Notes: generated by a model from the letters alone, not told the origin. Positions 13,111 through 26,078 are shown, counted from the first letter of the whole stretch. The stretch is DNA of 63,984 nt, filler included, from Chiloscyllium plagiosum (GCF_004010195.1; 5 parts of one record of this genome joined end to end with filler, not necessarily neighbours in it); one strand, 5' to 3'. Program-made: numbers and translations.

Positions 13111-15283
13111 GGACAATAGACCCTTCACCATCTCTTTTAGTCCCCTGGGATGCATTCCATCATGGTCAGGATACCCATGTACTTTTGGGCTGTTATCTTT
13201 CCCAACACTACCTCTTTACTGAGAATGACTGTTTCCATGTCCTCATCTTCCATTGCATCCATAGGCCTGTGAAAATGAGACAACAAGAGTACATAGACAG
13301 CATGTTCCTGTTAAGGCCAAGTCTGGTAGGTGTAGAGAATGCTGTGTGTCTAGAAAAATTGAGGGTCTGGTCAAAAAGATGAAGGAGGGATATGGCAGGT
13401 ACAGACAGCTGGGTTTGAGTGAATCCCTCGGAGTATATGGGCAGTAGGAGTACACTTGAGGGAAAACTGGAGGGCAAAAAGCATACATGAGATAGCTTTG
13501 TGGGGAAAGAGGTTTAAGGACAATCCAAAGAGATTCTGCAAAACATTAAGGACAAAAGAGTAACCAGGCAGAGAATAGGGACCCTCAAAGATCAACAAGG
13601 CTGTCTGTGGAATTTCATGTCAGCTTTTACTGAAAGAGGATATGGAAGCTAGAGACTTTGGAGAAATAAAAAGTGAGAACTTGACAACTGCCCATATTAA
13701 AGAGGAGGTTGTACTTGATGTCTTATACATAAAGCTGAGTAAATCTGTGGGACCTGATCAGGTGTATCCCAAATCTTTATGGGAAGTGAGGGAAGTGATT
13801 GCTGGGCCCCTCGCTGAGATATTTCCATCACTGATAGCCACAGGTGAGGTGCTGCGAGACAGCACCATTATTTGAGAAAGGTGATGAGGAAAGGCCAGGG
13901 AACAATACACTGATGAGCCTGAGGTTAGTGGCAGACAAGGTGTTGGAAGGAATTCTAAAGGACAGGTTTATATGTAATTGGAAAGGCAAGAAGTGATTAG
14001 GGATAGTCAGCATGGCTTTGTACATAAATCACGAACTTGGACTTCAGAAAGACATTCAAAAGGGTACCACATAATAGACTGGTTAGCGAGTTAGACACCA
14101 TGGGATACGGAGAGAACCAGCTATTTGGATACAAATTGGTTGTAAGGTTGGAGACGGAGGGTAGTGCTTTTCGGACTGGAGGCCTGTGATGAGCAATATG
14201 GTATAAGGATCAGTGCTGGGTCCACTGCTTGTCATCATTTATATCAGTGATTTCTATGTGAATATATGAGGTATAGTTAGTAGGTTTACAGTAGACATCA
14301 AAATTGGAGGGGCACTGGACAGCGAAGAAGGTTACCTCCGAGTACAATGGGACTTCAATCAAATGGGCTGAGGATTATCAGATCGAGTTTATTTCAGATA
14401 AATGTGAGGTGCTCCATCTTGGAAAAGCAAATGAGGGCAGGAATTATACACTTAATGGGAAGTTCCTGGGGAATGTTGCTGAACAAAGAGACCTTGGAGT
14501 GCAGATTCATAGTTCCTTGAAAGTGGAATCATAGGCAGGGTAGTGAAGAAGGTGTTTGGTGTACTTGCCCTTACTGGTCAGTGCATTGAGTAGTGGAGTT
14601 GGGACGTCATTTTGCGGCTGCACAGCACATTGATTCGGCCACTTCTGGAATTCTGCTTTCAGTCCTGGTCTCCCCACTATTGGAATGATATTGTGAAACT
14701 TGAAAGGGTTGGGAAAAGATCCGCAAAGATGTTGCCAGGGTTGAGGGTTTGAGCTATATAGGTTGATGCTGAATAGGCGGGGGCTGTTTTACCTGGAGCA
14801 TCGGATACAATTGTGAGGAGCATGGATAGGGTGAAATCCCAGAGTCTTATTCCCAGGATATGTGAGTCCAAAGTTTGGGGTCACAGGCTTCAGGCGTGAG
14901 GGAAAAGATTTAAAAGGGATCGAAGGAGCAATGTTTCCAGCTGAACATGGTACGTATATGGAATGAGCTGCCAGAGGAAGTGTGGAGGCTGGTACAATTA
15001 CCCAATTATGCCTTTGAGATGTTGTATGTGATTACCAAAAGTTTAGAAGGATATAGGCCAAGAGATGGCATATGGGATGAGATTAATTTAGGATATCTGG
15101 TCAGCATGGTCAAGTTGGATCGAAGGGTCTCTTTCTCTGCCGTACATCTTTATGGCACTACTAAAATTAAGATGGGTTTCTCTTTGATGGAGAGTTAGCA
15201 GAAGATCAGATAATTCTCCTTGGAGCTGAGAAGNNNNNNNNNNNNNNNNNNNNNNNNNNNNNNNNNNNNNNNNNNNNNNNNNN

Positions 15284-15672
15284 TCATAGAGACATACAGC
15301 ATGGAATTAGACCCTTTGGTCGAACTGGTCCATGCCAACCAGATATCCCAACCTAATCTAGTCCCATTTGCCAACACTTGGCACATATCCCTCTACACCC
15401 TTACTATTCACATACCTATCCAGATGCCAAATGGTGTAATTGTACCAGCCTCCACCACTTCTCTGAACAGACGATTCCATACACGCACCAATCTCAGTGT
15501 GAAAAAAGTTGCCTCTTGGGTCCCTTTTAAATCTTTCCCCTCTCACCTTAAACCTACACCTTCTCGTTCTAGACTCTCCCACCCCAGGGAAAAGACCTTG
15601 TCTATTTTTCCCATCCATACTGCTCAGGATTTTATAAAGCTCTATGAGGTCACCCCTCAGCATCCGATGCCC
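15284..15672 (-). mobile_element. CR1 3' fragment
   Basis: LRGDLIELYKIL...FKVRGERFKRDPRGNFF followed by the 3'UTR. Confidence 0.88.
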
Positions 15673-15699
15673 TTGGGAGGAGCCCACTCATGTCACAAT

Positions 15700-15830
15700 G
15701 GGGCCCGGGTGATTGACAGCAGCTTCAGACCAATAGGAGAATGGGCATGATCCTCCAGCCAATGGGAGTGAATTGGGGTGGGTCCAGCAGGCCAACACGT
15801 GGCCATAAGCTGTGCAGGTGCAGTGTCACG
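15700..15830 (+). promoter_or_regulatory. Paired-CCAAT promoter-like motif similar to 845-930
   Basis: ccaataggagaatggg...cctccagccaatgggagtgaa resembles ccaatgaaagg...cctccaaccaatcaaagtgaa. Confidence 0.35.
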
Positions 15831-15974
15831 GTGAGGGGGGACCTAGTGAGTGTGAAGGGAGTGGGAGAGACTGCAAAGTCTGGGGAAGAAATGGAGCAAT
15901 TGTGGACTCGGAGGGTGTATAAATGCACGGTTTTAGGCTGCTAGACCTGAATTAGAAATTCCTGCTAAGTTAGA

Positions 15975-17500
15975 ACCAAAAGAACTGCGGATGCTGTAAA
16001 TCTCACACAACATCCAAAAGGTACTGGAAAACCTCAGCAGGTCTGGCAGCATCTGTGAAGAGAAATCAGAGTTAACGTTTTGGATCCGCTGACCCTTCCT
16101 CAGAGCTGATGTTACTGAAAAGAAATGTCGGTTTATATGCAGAAGGTAGGGGTTAAGGAGTAAATGATAGGTGGTGATAGAGTCCAAAGAGATGGGAGCA
16201 GTTGGACAAAGGAGTGCATAACGATCTGGCTGGGGGAGGGCGAATAGCTGTTTATGGGGACTGTTAGTGGCTAACCATAGGTAATGTGTAGTGGTAGGCT
16301 ATGTGATAACAAGGCTTGGTATGTGGGTTAAGAGGCTAGGGCGCTAGGACATTGGAGAGTTCAGGACCTAAAATTATTGAATTTGATACTGGGGCTAGAG
16401 GTGTGCAGGGTCCCCAAGTAGAAGATGAGGTGTTGTTCTTCCAGCTTGCATTAACGTGTGGTGCTGGAAAATCACAGCAGGTCAGGCAGCATCTCAGGAT
16501 CAAGAGAATTGACGTTTTGGGCATATTCCTTTCTTCAGGAATGCAGGGATTTGGGGGAGGAGGGGTGAGTAAGAGGGCAGAGAGTTAAATAAGAGGGATG
16601 TGTGAGGTTGGTGGGAAGGGATCTAGGAAGGCAATAGGTAGATGTAGGTGGAGGGTAATGGAGAGATGGTGGAGTGGATAATTGGAAAGGAAGATGGACA
16701 GGTGGGACAGTTCAAGAGGGTGGTGTCGAGTTGGAGGGTTGGATCTGGGATAAGGTAAGGTAGAGGAGATGAGGAAACCTTGATTCTGTGGTTAAAGGGT
16801 CCCAATGTGGAAAATGAGGTTTTCTTCCTCCAGGCGTCGGGTGGCTGGGATTTGGTGGTGGAGGTGGCCCAGGACTTGCATGTCCTTGCCGGAGTGGGTG
16901 GGGAAGTTGAAGTGGTCGGCCACAGGATGGTGGGGTTGGTTGGTGCATGTGTCCCAGAAATGTTCCCTGAAACATTCCACAAGTTGGTGTCCTGACTCCC
17001 CAGTGGAGATGAGACCACATCGAAAGCAAAGGCCATAATAGGTGAGGTGGATGGATGTGCAGGAAAATCTCTTGCTGGATGTGGAAGGGTCCTTTAGAGG
17101 TGAGGGGGGAGGTGTGGGCACAGGTTTTACACCTCTTGCATTGACAAGTGAAGGTGCTGGGAGTGGAAGGTAGGTTAGTGGGGAGCATGGATCTGACTAG
17201 GAATTCACAGGGAATGGTCTCTGTGGAATGCTGAAAGGAATGGAGAGGGAAAAACATCTCCGGTGGGATCTGATTGTAGGTGGTGGAAATGGCAGAGGAT
17301 GATGCGTTGTATCTGGGTGGAAGGTGAGGACTGGGGGATTCTATACTTGCTGCAGTTGGAGAGGTGTGGTTCAATGGCAGAGGTGTGGGAAGTGATGGAG
17401 GTACACTGGAGAGTATTGTTGACCACATGGGAGGGGAAATTGCAGTCCTTGAAATACGGGGCGTTTTGGTATGTTCTCGAGTGTTCTGCCAGCTTCACTG
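15975..17500 (-). mobile_element. Penelope-like element(s), Neptune-type; decayed GIY-YIG endonuclease and pLTR remnants
   Basis: ORF pieces CQCKRCKTC, FSCTS-HLTY---C-RCGL--GE, PVADHFN, RRLEEENLIFHIGTL; degenerate hammerhead cores on the minus strand at ~16070-16105 and ~16508-16542. Confidence 0.85.
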
Positions 17501-17899
17501 GAACACTGCAGTATGCATGAGACAGAGATGTTGGCCAGGGAACAGACTCGTGTGTTAAAGTGACAGGCAACTGGAAGCTCAGGGTCTGTTTTGCAGCAGA
17601 ACGTAGATCATCAGCTGCCATTTCCAGCACCTCCACTGAGATGCTGCCAGACACAGGTTCCTGTCCCCTCCATTAACAGCTATGCACCCTCCCAGCCAGA
17701 TTGTTATCCACTCGTTTGTCTTTCCAAATGTTCCTGTCTCTCTTTTGGGCTCTGTCCCCATCTATTATTTACTCTTTAACCCCTATCTCCTATAGTCCAA
17801 AGATATGCAGGTTAGGTGAATTGGCCAAGCTAAATTTCCCGTAGTGCTCAGGGATGTATAGGTTAGGTGCATTAGTCAGGAGAAATGTAGAATAATAGG

Positions 17900-18183
17900 C
17901 GACATCATCAGTGCTTGGGAGCCTCCTGCGAAGCGCTTCTTTGATGTTTCCTCCGGTGTTTATAGTGGTCTGTCCCTGCCGCTTTCGGTTGTCAACCGGA
18001 AGCGGCAGGGACAGACCACCATAAACACCGGAGGAAACATCAAAGAAGCGCTTCGCAGGAGGCTCCCAAGCACTGATGATGTCGCCGAGCCAGGGGACGA
18101 AACGTTTGAAACAAAAACTTCCAGCTCGGCGAACAGAACCACAACAACGAGCAACCGAGCTACAAATCTTCGCACAAACTTTG
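17900..18183. mobile_element. Inverted Penelope (Poseidon-type) pLTR insertion with a 16-bp TSD and a hammerhead
   Basis: AATGTAGAATAATAGG at 17884-17899 and 18184-18199; ~94-bp inverted arms centred at 17992; CTGATGA...GAAACGT core; similar to the 3' end of the PLE at 60195. Confidence 0.85.
18068..18110 (+). ncRNA. Minimal type I hammerhead ribozyme motif
   Basis: CTGATGA (18073-79), stem II GTCGCC/GGGGAC with one mismatch, GAAA (18099-102), then CGTT. Confidence 0.65.
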
Positions 18184-18697
18184 AATGTAGAATAATAGGG
18201 TCGGGGAATGGGTTTGGTTGAGAAACTCTTCAGAGGGTGGGTGTGGACTTGTTGGGCCGAATGGCCTGTTGCCACACTGTAGGGATTCTAATTTTCCCAG
18301 CTGCCATTGGTTCTGAGGAAGAGTCACTTGACCTAGAATGACCCTTAGTGTGTGCAGGAGGAGGAAACGGGAAAGGGGAGTTGGATCCAGTTTAGAGGGA
18401 GGGTTTAATTACACTCTGTACAGGTAGTTAGGCCTGAATTAGAAACTCTTGGTCCCACGTTTATAGCAAATGGGAAAATGGCTGTGACCCTCAGGCAGTG
18501 ATAGGTCCTGGGTTATGGCCACCATCTTTATTTGGGGGCAAGTTACAGCGAGATACATGGACATGTCGTCTTCCTGGGTGGGGGAGGGGTGATTTGAAGA
18601 GGAGCATTTACACATCAAACACATACCAAGAGAAATGCTTGCCTTCAATATTCATCCTGCACTGACTATGAACTTTGTTTTGTGAATTCATTTTATA

Positions 18698-18845
18698 GGA
18701 GATTAATTGAGAATAATTGAGACAGGGTTCTCAAAAGCAATTTTCTATCGTCATCAGGATCATCAGGATCTGAATACCATTGACATTTTACTGTGGAAAG
18801 GAGAAAGGTTTGTCTGTTCTGTCTGTGGGAAAGTATGTTTTTTTC
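18698..18845 (+). pseudogene. Truncated C2H2 zinc-finger gene exon remnant
   Basis: Acceptor-like ttttatag followed by GERFVCSVCGK (first half of a finger); paralogous to 20989-21150. Confidence 0.55.
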
Positions 18846-19604
18846 GAGCAAAAAGCAGAAAGATATTCAAATTTGTGGTTGGATCACCCTTTGGGTTTGT
18901 GCTCTGTTCTGGGCGCTGCAGCTGTGGAAGGAGATATTGCCCTGAGAGGGAGCACAGATTTATCCAAATTACACCTCGTCTCTTTGTAGGAAATGTCAGA
19001 TTTTGTCCCAGTCACCCACGTCATGATGTTAACCTGTAAACTCCTTATTTTCAATTCACTGCAAACTTCTCATTAAAATTCCTTATGGACTCAAATTCCA
19101 GCACCATGTCGGGTGGAATGTTCCAGATTCTGACAACTGTCTGTTCATCCAGAAACTGCTGAGGTCTATGTTGACTCTGGGGTTACAAAGGGCTGAATTG
19201 AAAGATGAGATGCACTTCCTGAGCTCCCATTGAGATGCATTGGAACAGTACAGGAAGCTGAGGGCAATGTAGGTGTGAGAAGGTAACGAAAATGACAGGG
19301 CTGCACTGCGAGTGCTGCTTGGCTTAATGTGTGTTTTGGAGTTGGGTGTAAACAGAGCGTGGTGAGACAGGGAAAAGGTGAACCACAGCTTCAGTTTTAG
19401 TTCAGGCCATTCAGAAATTCACATGGTCCCAATGGGAACAGCCAGTTTGTAAGTGAAACCTGCTGAGATATTTATAACAGTTTTTTAAAGTATAAAATGT
19501 CAGCTTAAGTAAATATTGGGGCTTTTGATTATAATGGAAATGTTTGAAGTGAAGGAAGGTTTCTCTCTCATTTAAATTCTCTTAATTGGATTAACTAGCT
19601 GAAT

Positions 19605-20160
19605 CTAGAGACGCATTGTTACTGGAGCCCTTAGACCCGTGGTGTGCTCCTCTTGTACAATGTGGGGAATAAGGGCCGCTTCCAGTGTCCCAGACGGCTG
19701 TGTGTGCAGGAAGTGTGTCCATCTGCAGCTACTGGGAAACTGCTTTTCAGACCTGGATCTGTGAGTGGATTTACTGTGGAGCATCTGCGATACTGAGAAT
19801 GTTATGGACAGCACGTTTAGTGAGTTAGTCACACTGCAGGTGAGGGTTACACAGGCAGAAAGGGAATGGGTGACCTTCAGATCAAGTAAAAGGCTCCGGA
19901 AGGAAGTGCAGGATTCCCCAGTGATCATTCCCCTTCTCATACAGATATTGTGCACCACTAGGGATTCTATAAGGGTGGGGGGGGACAGGTGGGGTAGCCT
20001 CTCAGGGGAACTCAGCAACGGGCAGGTTCATGACACCACAGATAGCTCCACTGCACAGAACGAGAGGAAGGAGAATGGCAGAGCTTTAATGACAGGGGAT
20101 CCAGTAGTCAGGGTCAGAGACAGGCGTGTCTGTGGCCACAGATATGAATCCAGGACAGTG
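19605..20160 (+). mobile_element. CR1 ORF1 N-terminal remnant
   Basis: VVCSSCTMW...VCRKCVHLQLL zinc finger and ALMTGDPVVR (GDS-like esterase block); homologous to the region starting at 9719. Confidence 0.8.
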
Positions 20161-20988
20161 GAATTGAACCTAGGTCCATTTATTGATAGGTGTAAAGACC
20201 AATAAAGGTCTGCGTCCCAAATGCAACCTTCAGCACTTGATCACCCTGAAGCTCTACTTTCCAGAGACTGTGCACTTGTTCTGAGCCCTTCAGAGAGATT
20301 GAAGGGGNNNNNNNNNNNNNNNNNNNNNNNNNNNNNNNNNNNNNNNNNNNNNNGGTCTGCATCCCAAATGCAACCTTCAGCACTTGATCACCCTGAAGCT
20401 CTACTTTCCAGAGACTGTACACTTGTTCTGAGCCCTTCAGAGAGATTGAAGGGGTAGGAGAAAACAGGAACAGGGTTGCGTTGTAATCTACAAAATAACG
20501 GTCACCCTCTGCTCTCGGTCTCTCCCCTCTGTCTCCCACCTCCCATCGTACCTCCTCCCCAACGCAGGGAAAAGACCTTGTGTATTTACCGTATCCATGC
20601 CCCTGCTGATTTTATAAACCTCTATAAGGTCACCCATCAGCCTCTGAACCTCCCGGAGGGGTGCCCACGCAGACACGGAGAGAATCTGGGACCCGAGTGC
20701 TGTGAGGCAGCAGTGCTAACTACTGTGCCATCGTGCCGCCCCTTTTTTAGGTTCTTCGTCTGCAGACAGGAGCGAGGAAACTGAATTAAAAGAGAGGAGA
20801 GAGTGTTAGAACTGGGTGTGGAGGGAAGGAGCGAGGAGATTGGTTTGTATTTCAGTTCACAGAAGAGAGCAATTGTGAGACTGAGATTTAAAGCTTTGGG
20901 GAAACAAAGAAACTACAATTTAATACTATCACTGTCTTATGAATTTCCATCCTGTGTTAACGGTGGTGACCTGTTTTCTTTATTGTAG

Positions 20989-21475
20989 GGTTCTGAAAGG
21001 GTGGCTTTGTGGATGAGAAATTCAAATTGAACTTCCTGTTCAGTTTTGATAGTTACTTGATCCGTGCCGCTCTGAATATCACTGGCCTTTCCATGTGGAA
21101 GGAAAGGTGTGTATTCTGTCCGTGGGCGAATATTTCAAATGTCAGTGACTGGAAAAATTACTGAGACAAAGCCAAGTACATGTCAGCGTGGTGACTGTGG
21201 AGAGAGAGTTCATTTGTTGTTAAAAGTCTGAAAAAACATGGCACATTTCCCAGGAACAATTAAGCTACAGAATTGTTTTGTATGAGGACAGGTTTTTAAT
21301 TAATCATGCAACCAGAAAGACACCACGATACCTGCACCATGGAAAAAAAAACTATGAAAGCGGGACTGTTGTAAAGGGCTTAATTATCGATCATGGCTTT
21401 TAATCCATTGGCGTTGTCACGTCGGCTCCAGCGCCTTTGGGAAACACTGAAAATGTAATGAATGTAATGTAGGTT
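20989..21475 (+). pseudogene. C2H2 zinc-finger pseudogene (frameshifted finger exon)
   Basis: Acceptor ttttctttattgtag at 20988; degenerate fingers, e.g. HDTCTMEK...GDCCKGLNYRSWLLIHWRCH (~21325-21420, with frameshift), then ggaaacactgaaaatgtaatgaatgt (EK-KCNEC-like). Confidence 0.7.
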
Positions 21476-21494
21476 TCAATTATTAAACTGTAAA

Positions 21495-21965
21495 AAGTGC
21501 AGAAGAAATTTACAGGGATTTTTGCCAGGGCTCAGGGGTCTGAATTATCGGGAGAGGTTGTGCAAGTGAGGATTTTTTTTTTGTTTCGAGCAGAGGAAAC
21601 AGAAGGGGATCTTTTCTGGAAGTGTATAAGAGGCTTGGATAAGGAGAATGCATTCAGTCTTTTTCCCAGGAAATCAAGGACTGGAGGGCATCAGTTTAAG
21701 GTTGGAGGAGAAAGAATGAAAGGGAACCTGAGGGGCACTTGTTTTACACAGAGGGGGGCATGTATATGGACTGAGCTGCCAGTGGAAGTGGTTGAGGTGG
21801 GTACATTAACAACATGTAAAAGACATTTGGACAAATACGTGGATAGCAAAGCGTCAGAAGCAGATGGGCCAAGTGCAGGGAAATGGGGTTAGCGTGGATG
21901 GACATTCTGTCGGCATGGGCCAGTTTGGGCCAAAGGGCCTGTTTCTGCTGCAGGACTCTGACTCG
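21495..21965 (+). mobile_element. CR1 3' fragment
   Basis: RTGGHQFKVGGERMKGNLRGTCFTQR...WTELP followed by the 3'UTR. Confidence 0.85.
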
Positions 21966-21969
21966 AAAT

Positions 21970-23175
21970 ATATTTACTATTTCTCCCGCTATCTCTGGTA
22001 GCATCCTGGGATGTATTCCATCAGGGCAAAGACACTTGTCTACCTTTAGCTCCATTAGCTTGTTCAACTCTAACGCTTTCGTGATAATGATTGTTTCTTG
22101 GTCCTCACCTTCCTCAGTCTCCTTATCAATTACTGGCATGTTCTTCGTATCCTCCACTGTGAAGACTGACTGCTGTGTACTCATATTCCTGAACCATGCT
22201 GGATAGGAATAACTAGGTACAGAACTCTGAGAGGTCTTCTTTGAGTCTTTATTGATGAAACATGGCGGTTACATGGATAGTGTACATGCAGAACACCTCC
22301 AGGCAGCATCAGGTAACTCCCCGCCTGTCCGATGTGCCACTCCCATTCTTATACCTTTGTGGTTTGTGGTTTTGAATGGAGGCTGTTTCTCAGTATTATC
22401 TCCATGGCAACGGCAGTTAAAAAGTCGAGTTCAGCTCAGCACTTTGTGGTTAAACCACATATCCCTTTCCCACGCCCCTGTGGCTCAGTCAGGTATCTGA
22501 CAGGCGGTTCAGTTTCAGTGGGGCTGTCTGTCAAGATTCTGATGTGAAAGAGCTGGTGTTGGAGCGGGGTGGGCAAAGTTAAAAACCACACATCACCAGG
22601 TTATTGTCCAACAGGTTTATTTGGAAGTACAAGCTTTTGGAGTGTGCTGGGATTTTGAACTTGATCAGGATTATCTCTATGGTAACAGTTAAGTGCTTCA
22701 ACAACGACAGAGGCCATATGTTCCCCACACAATAGGTTCCCCTCTAGCAGTGTAAACTGCTATTCTGGCCCTGGGGACAGCTACTCATCACTTTTCTCCC
22801 CCAATCCCATCTAGTTTTCTGTTGATCTTAAACGTTTTTCTAATCTCCTAGTTTCTCTTTGGTCTTTGCCAATTTGTATGCTTTCTATTTCAATTTGATA
22901 GACTCCCGTTTTTCCTTAACCACCCATGGAAGATTATTCCTTTTCCTACAGTCCTTTCTTTTCACTGATATATACTTTTGCTGAGCAGTTTGAAAAATTC
23001 ATTGATATTCCTCCACTGTCTGTCAACTGTCCCACCCTAAAGTCTTTGCTTCCAGTCTACATTAGCCAACTCCTGCCTCATCCTATTGTAGTCTCCTTTG
23101 TTTAAGCACAGGATCTTGGGATTGGATTTAATCTTCCCTCTTTCCAAATATATTCTAAATTCAACCATACTTGTT
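21970..23175 (-). mobile_element. Discontinuous CR1 ORF2 fragments
   Basis: SVFTVEDT...LKVDKCLCPDGIHPRML at 21970-22170; further CR1-like sequence at 22800-23175. Confidence 0.65.
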
Positions 23176-23814
23176 ACAAGTCTTTTATCAGATTACGAGG
23201 TGAGGCGATGTTACNNNNNNNNNNNNNNNNNNNNNNNNNNNNNNNNNNNNNNNNNNNNNNNNNNNNNNNNNNNNNNNNNNNNNNNNNNNNNNNNNNNNNN
23301 NNNNNNNNNNNNNNNNNNNNNNNNNNNNNNNNNNNNNNNNNNNNNNNNNNNNNNNNNNNNNNNNNNNNNNNNNNNNNNNNNNNNNNNNNNNNNNNNNNNN
23401 NNNNNNNNNNNNNNNNNNNNNNNNNNNNNNNNNNNNNNNNNNNNNNNNNNNNNNNNNNNNNNNNNNNNNNNNNNNNNNNNNNNNNNNNNNNNNNNNNNNN
23501 NNNNNNNNNNNNNNNNNNNNNNNNNNNNNNNNNNNNNNNNNNNNNNNNNNNNNNNNNNNNNNNNNNNNNNNNNNNNNNNNNNNNNNNNNNNNNNNNNNNN
23601 NNNNNNNNNNNNNNNNNNNNNNNNNNNNNNNNNNNNNNNNNNNNNNNNNNNNNNNNNNNNNNNNNNNNNNNNNNNNNNNNNNNNNNNNNNNNNNNNNNNN
23701 NNNNNNNNNNNNNNGCCTCATTTTCCACACGATGTGTCTCTGATGTGTCTGCTGAATTATGCTCAGACACTNNNNNNNNNNNNNNNNNNNNNNNNNNNNN
23801 NNNACATTTCACAT

Positions 23815-24085
23815 TTGAATTGAATTGAATTTATTGTCACGTGTTCTGAGGCACAGTGAAAAGCTTTGTCTTGCGATCAATACAAGCAGATCGCAGTGTT
23901 AAGTAGCATAGATGTATTAAGAAAATGTAAACATATAATATGTTGGCCTTTGTGATTGTCCAGGCCGAGTTCACCACTCGCTGTGTCTCCGATCTTGAAT
24001 GGTACAGATGCCATACCTGGTACTGATACATCCAGACAGAATGCTCTCAATGCCGCACCAATAAACGTTGGCAAACGTATTCGTA
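23815..24085 (-). mobile_element. Rex1/Babar-like LINE 3' remnant
   Basis: TQRVVNSAWTITKAN and a tail reading gtgacaataaattcaattcaa on the minus strand. Confidence 0.6.
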
Positions 24086-24294
24086 GTAGTGCTTCAAGTG
24101 ATCATCAATTAAAAAAAACATTTCCACCACCTTTTGCGAGATGTCATCATCACACATATATCCCTCTCCCCCCTTGTCCACCATCTACAGGGATCATTCC
24201 CTACAGGAAGCCCTGTTGCACTGTGCCTTCACTCCCAACACCTCCCGCAACTCGTCCCATGGAGTCTTCCACCGCATCGCTGCTTTTGTGACAC

Positions 24295-26034
24295 ATAAAT
24301 GCATAGAACCTAAAAACCCGAGCAGGGGTAGGCTGTCCGGCCCTTCAAGCCTGCTCCGCCGTTCAATGACATCATTGCTGATCTTTCTAAAGACTCAAAT
24401 CCGCTTACTTGCCCTCTCACTCTATCGCTTATTTCATTTATTGTTCAAAAGAAGTATCGCTCTTAGCTATAAAAACCTTTGTTGTACCAGCATCAAGTTC
24501 TTCGCTGGGCAAGGTTTTCCAAATAGTAATATCCGTCTGGGTGGAGAAGGTCCTTCTGAACTCAGTCCTAAATCTGCTCCCTCTAATCCTGAGGCTATTC
24601 CCTCCTGTCAGAATTTCACCCGCAATGTGGAAGCATCCTTTCCAATTCTACCTAAGCTATTCCGTTCAAAGTAAGATTCCCCGCTCATTCTTCTAAATTC
24701 CAAAGACAATAATCCTAATCTACGTAGTCTCTCTTTATAGGTCAACCCCCTCACCTCCGGAATCAACCTCGTGAACCTACTCTCCACCGCCACCCCCCAC
24801 CCCATTCCGCCCAGTGCCAGTACATCCGTTCGCAAGTAAGGGGACCAAAAGCGCACGCAATGCACCAAGGATAGCCTCACCAGCACCTTTTACAGCTGCA
24901 ACATAACATCTCTGCTTGAACCTTCATGAACTTACGTTGCATCTGTCGAATTTCTATTGTGATGCCCCGCTACGTCTTCCTTGATAATAGGCTCAAACAT
25001 CTTCCCAACTGCAGAAATTAAGCTAACTAATCAACAATTCCCAATCTTTTATCCACCTCCCTTTTTAAACAGTGGTGTCACACCAGCTGTATTCCAGTCT
25101 GCTGGGACTGCCACGCAGTCTAGTGAATTTGAAAATTGCCACTAGAGCACTTTCTGTTTCTCCCGCCATCTCCTTTCATACGCTGAGGTGCATTCCCTCA
25201 CGGCCAGGAGACTTGTCCATCCTCAGCTCCATTAGCTTGCCTAACACTACCTCTAACGTAATAATGTTTGTTTCCAGGTCCTCACGTGCATTTCTCTATT
25301 TGCCACATACTGGCATGTTATTAGCATCCTCCACTGTGATGACTGACACCAAATACCTGTTCAATGCCTCGGTCATTTCATCACATCGCAAGACTAAATG
25401 TCCCTTCTCATCCTCGAAAGGACCAATCTTTACTTTAGCCACTGTTTTTTTCGTTTTATATTTTTATAGAAACTTTTCCTATCCGTCTTTGTATTCTGTA
25501 CTAGTTTGTTTTTCCCCTCATGCTTATCTTTAAAATTTTCCCTCTCTTCCAGTTTCATGCTGTTCTTGGCCACTTGGTATGCCTTCTCTTTCACTTTGAT
25601 AGCCTCCCTTATTTCCTAAGACAATCAGGGCAGATTACCCCTTTTCTTACAGTCTTTCCTTTTCACTTGAATATAATTTTGATGAGCACTTCTACAAAAA
25701 CATCGTTTCAGGGAGTCGGTCCACTGCTCGTTATCTGTCCCACCATATAACCTTTGCGTCCAGTCTACTTTAGCCAGGTGCACTCTCGTTCTATTGTTGT
25801 GCCCCCTGTACGTGCACAGGACCCTGGTATTGGATCTTCACTTCACACTCCCCATCTGAATTCTAAGTTCTGCCATACTGTGATCACTCTTTCCAAGAGG
25901 ATCCCTAACTATGAGATCATTAATTATTCCTGTTCCTTTACACAGTACCAGATCGAGGATTGCTTTCTCCCTCGTCGGTTCCATTGCATATTGTTCAAGA
26001 TGACTATCACGGGTACTCTCAACGAACTCCTCCT
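24295..26034 (-). mobile_element. Decayed CR1 ORF2 plus 3'UTR
   Basis: LVRLSLVHCVRFWSPYLR...RFTRLIP...LSLEFRRM; KSPG motif at ~25205; APE SDH motif (gtgatcact) at ~25880. Confidence 0.85.
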
Positions 26035-26078
26035 NNNNNNNNNNNNNNNNNNNNNNNNNNNNNNNNNNNNNNNNNNNN

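Larger units (their letters stand above)
9660..15160 (+). mobile_element. Near full-length decayed CR1 LINE (ORF1 zinc finger and esterase, ORF2 APE and RT), interrupted by three later insertions
   Basis: ATG at 9719 then MCSSCWM zinc-finger start; esterase-like VHIGTND at ~10286; APE start CIYFNARGLTGKADEL at ~11673; RT motifs 13640-14700; CR1 3'UTR to ~15150. Confidence 0.8.
17794..18292 (+). mobile_element. 3' part of an HE1-like SINE interrupted by a Penelope insertion
   Basis: agtccaaagatatgcaggttaggtgaattggcc...; resumes at ~18200 and ends gggccgaatggcctgttgccacactgtagggattct. Confidence 0.8.

Noticed and set aside
20207..20455. ~100-bp direct repeat on both sides of a short gap
   Set aside because: Most likely overlapping contig ends that were not merged.
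22170..22500. Possible solo LTR
   Set aside because: No second copy, TSD or clear termini could be established by eye.
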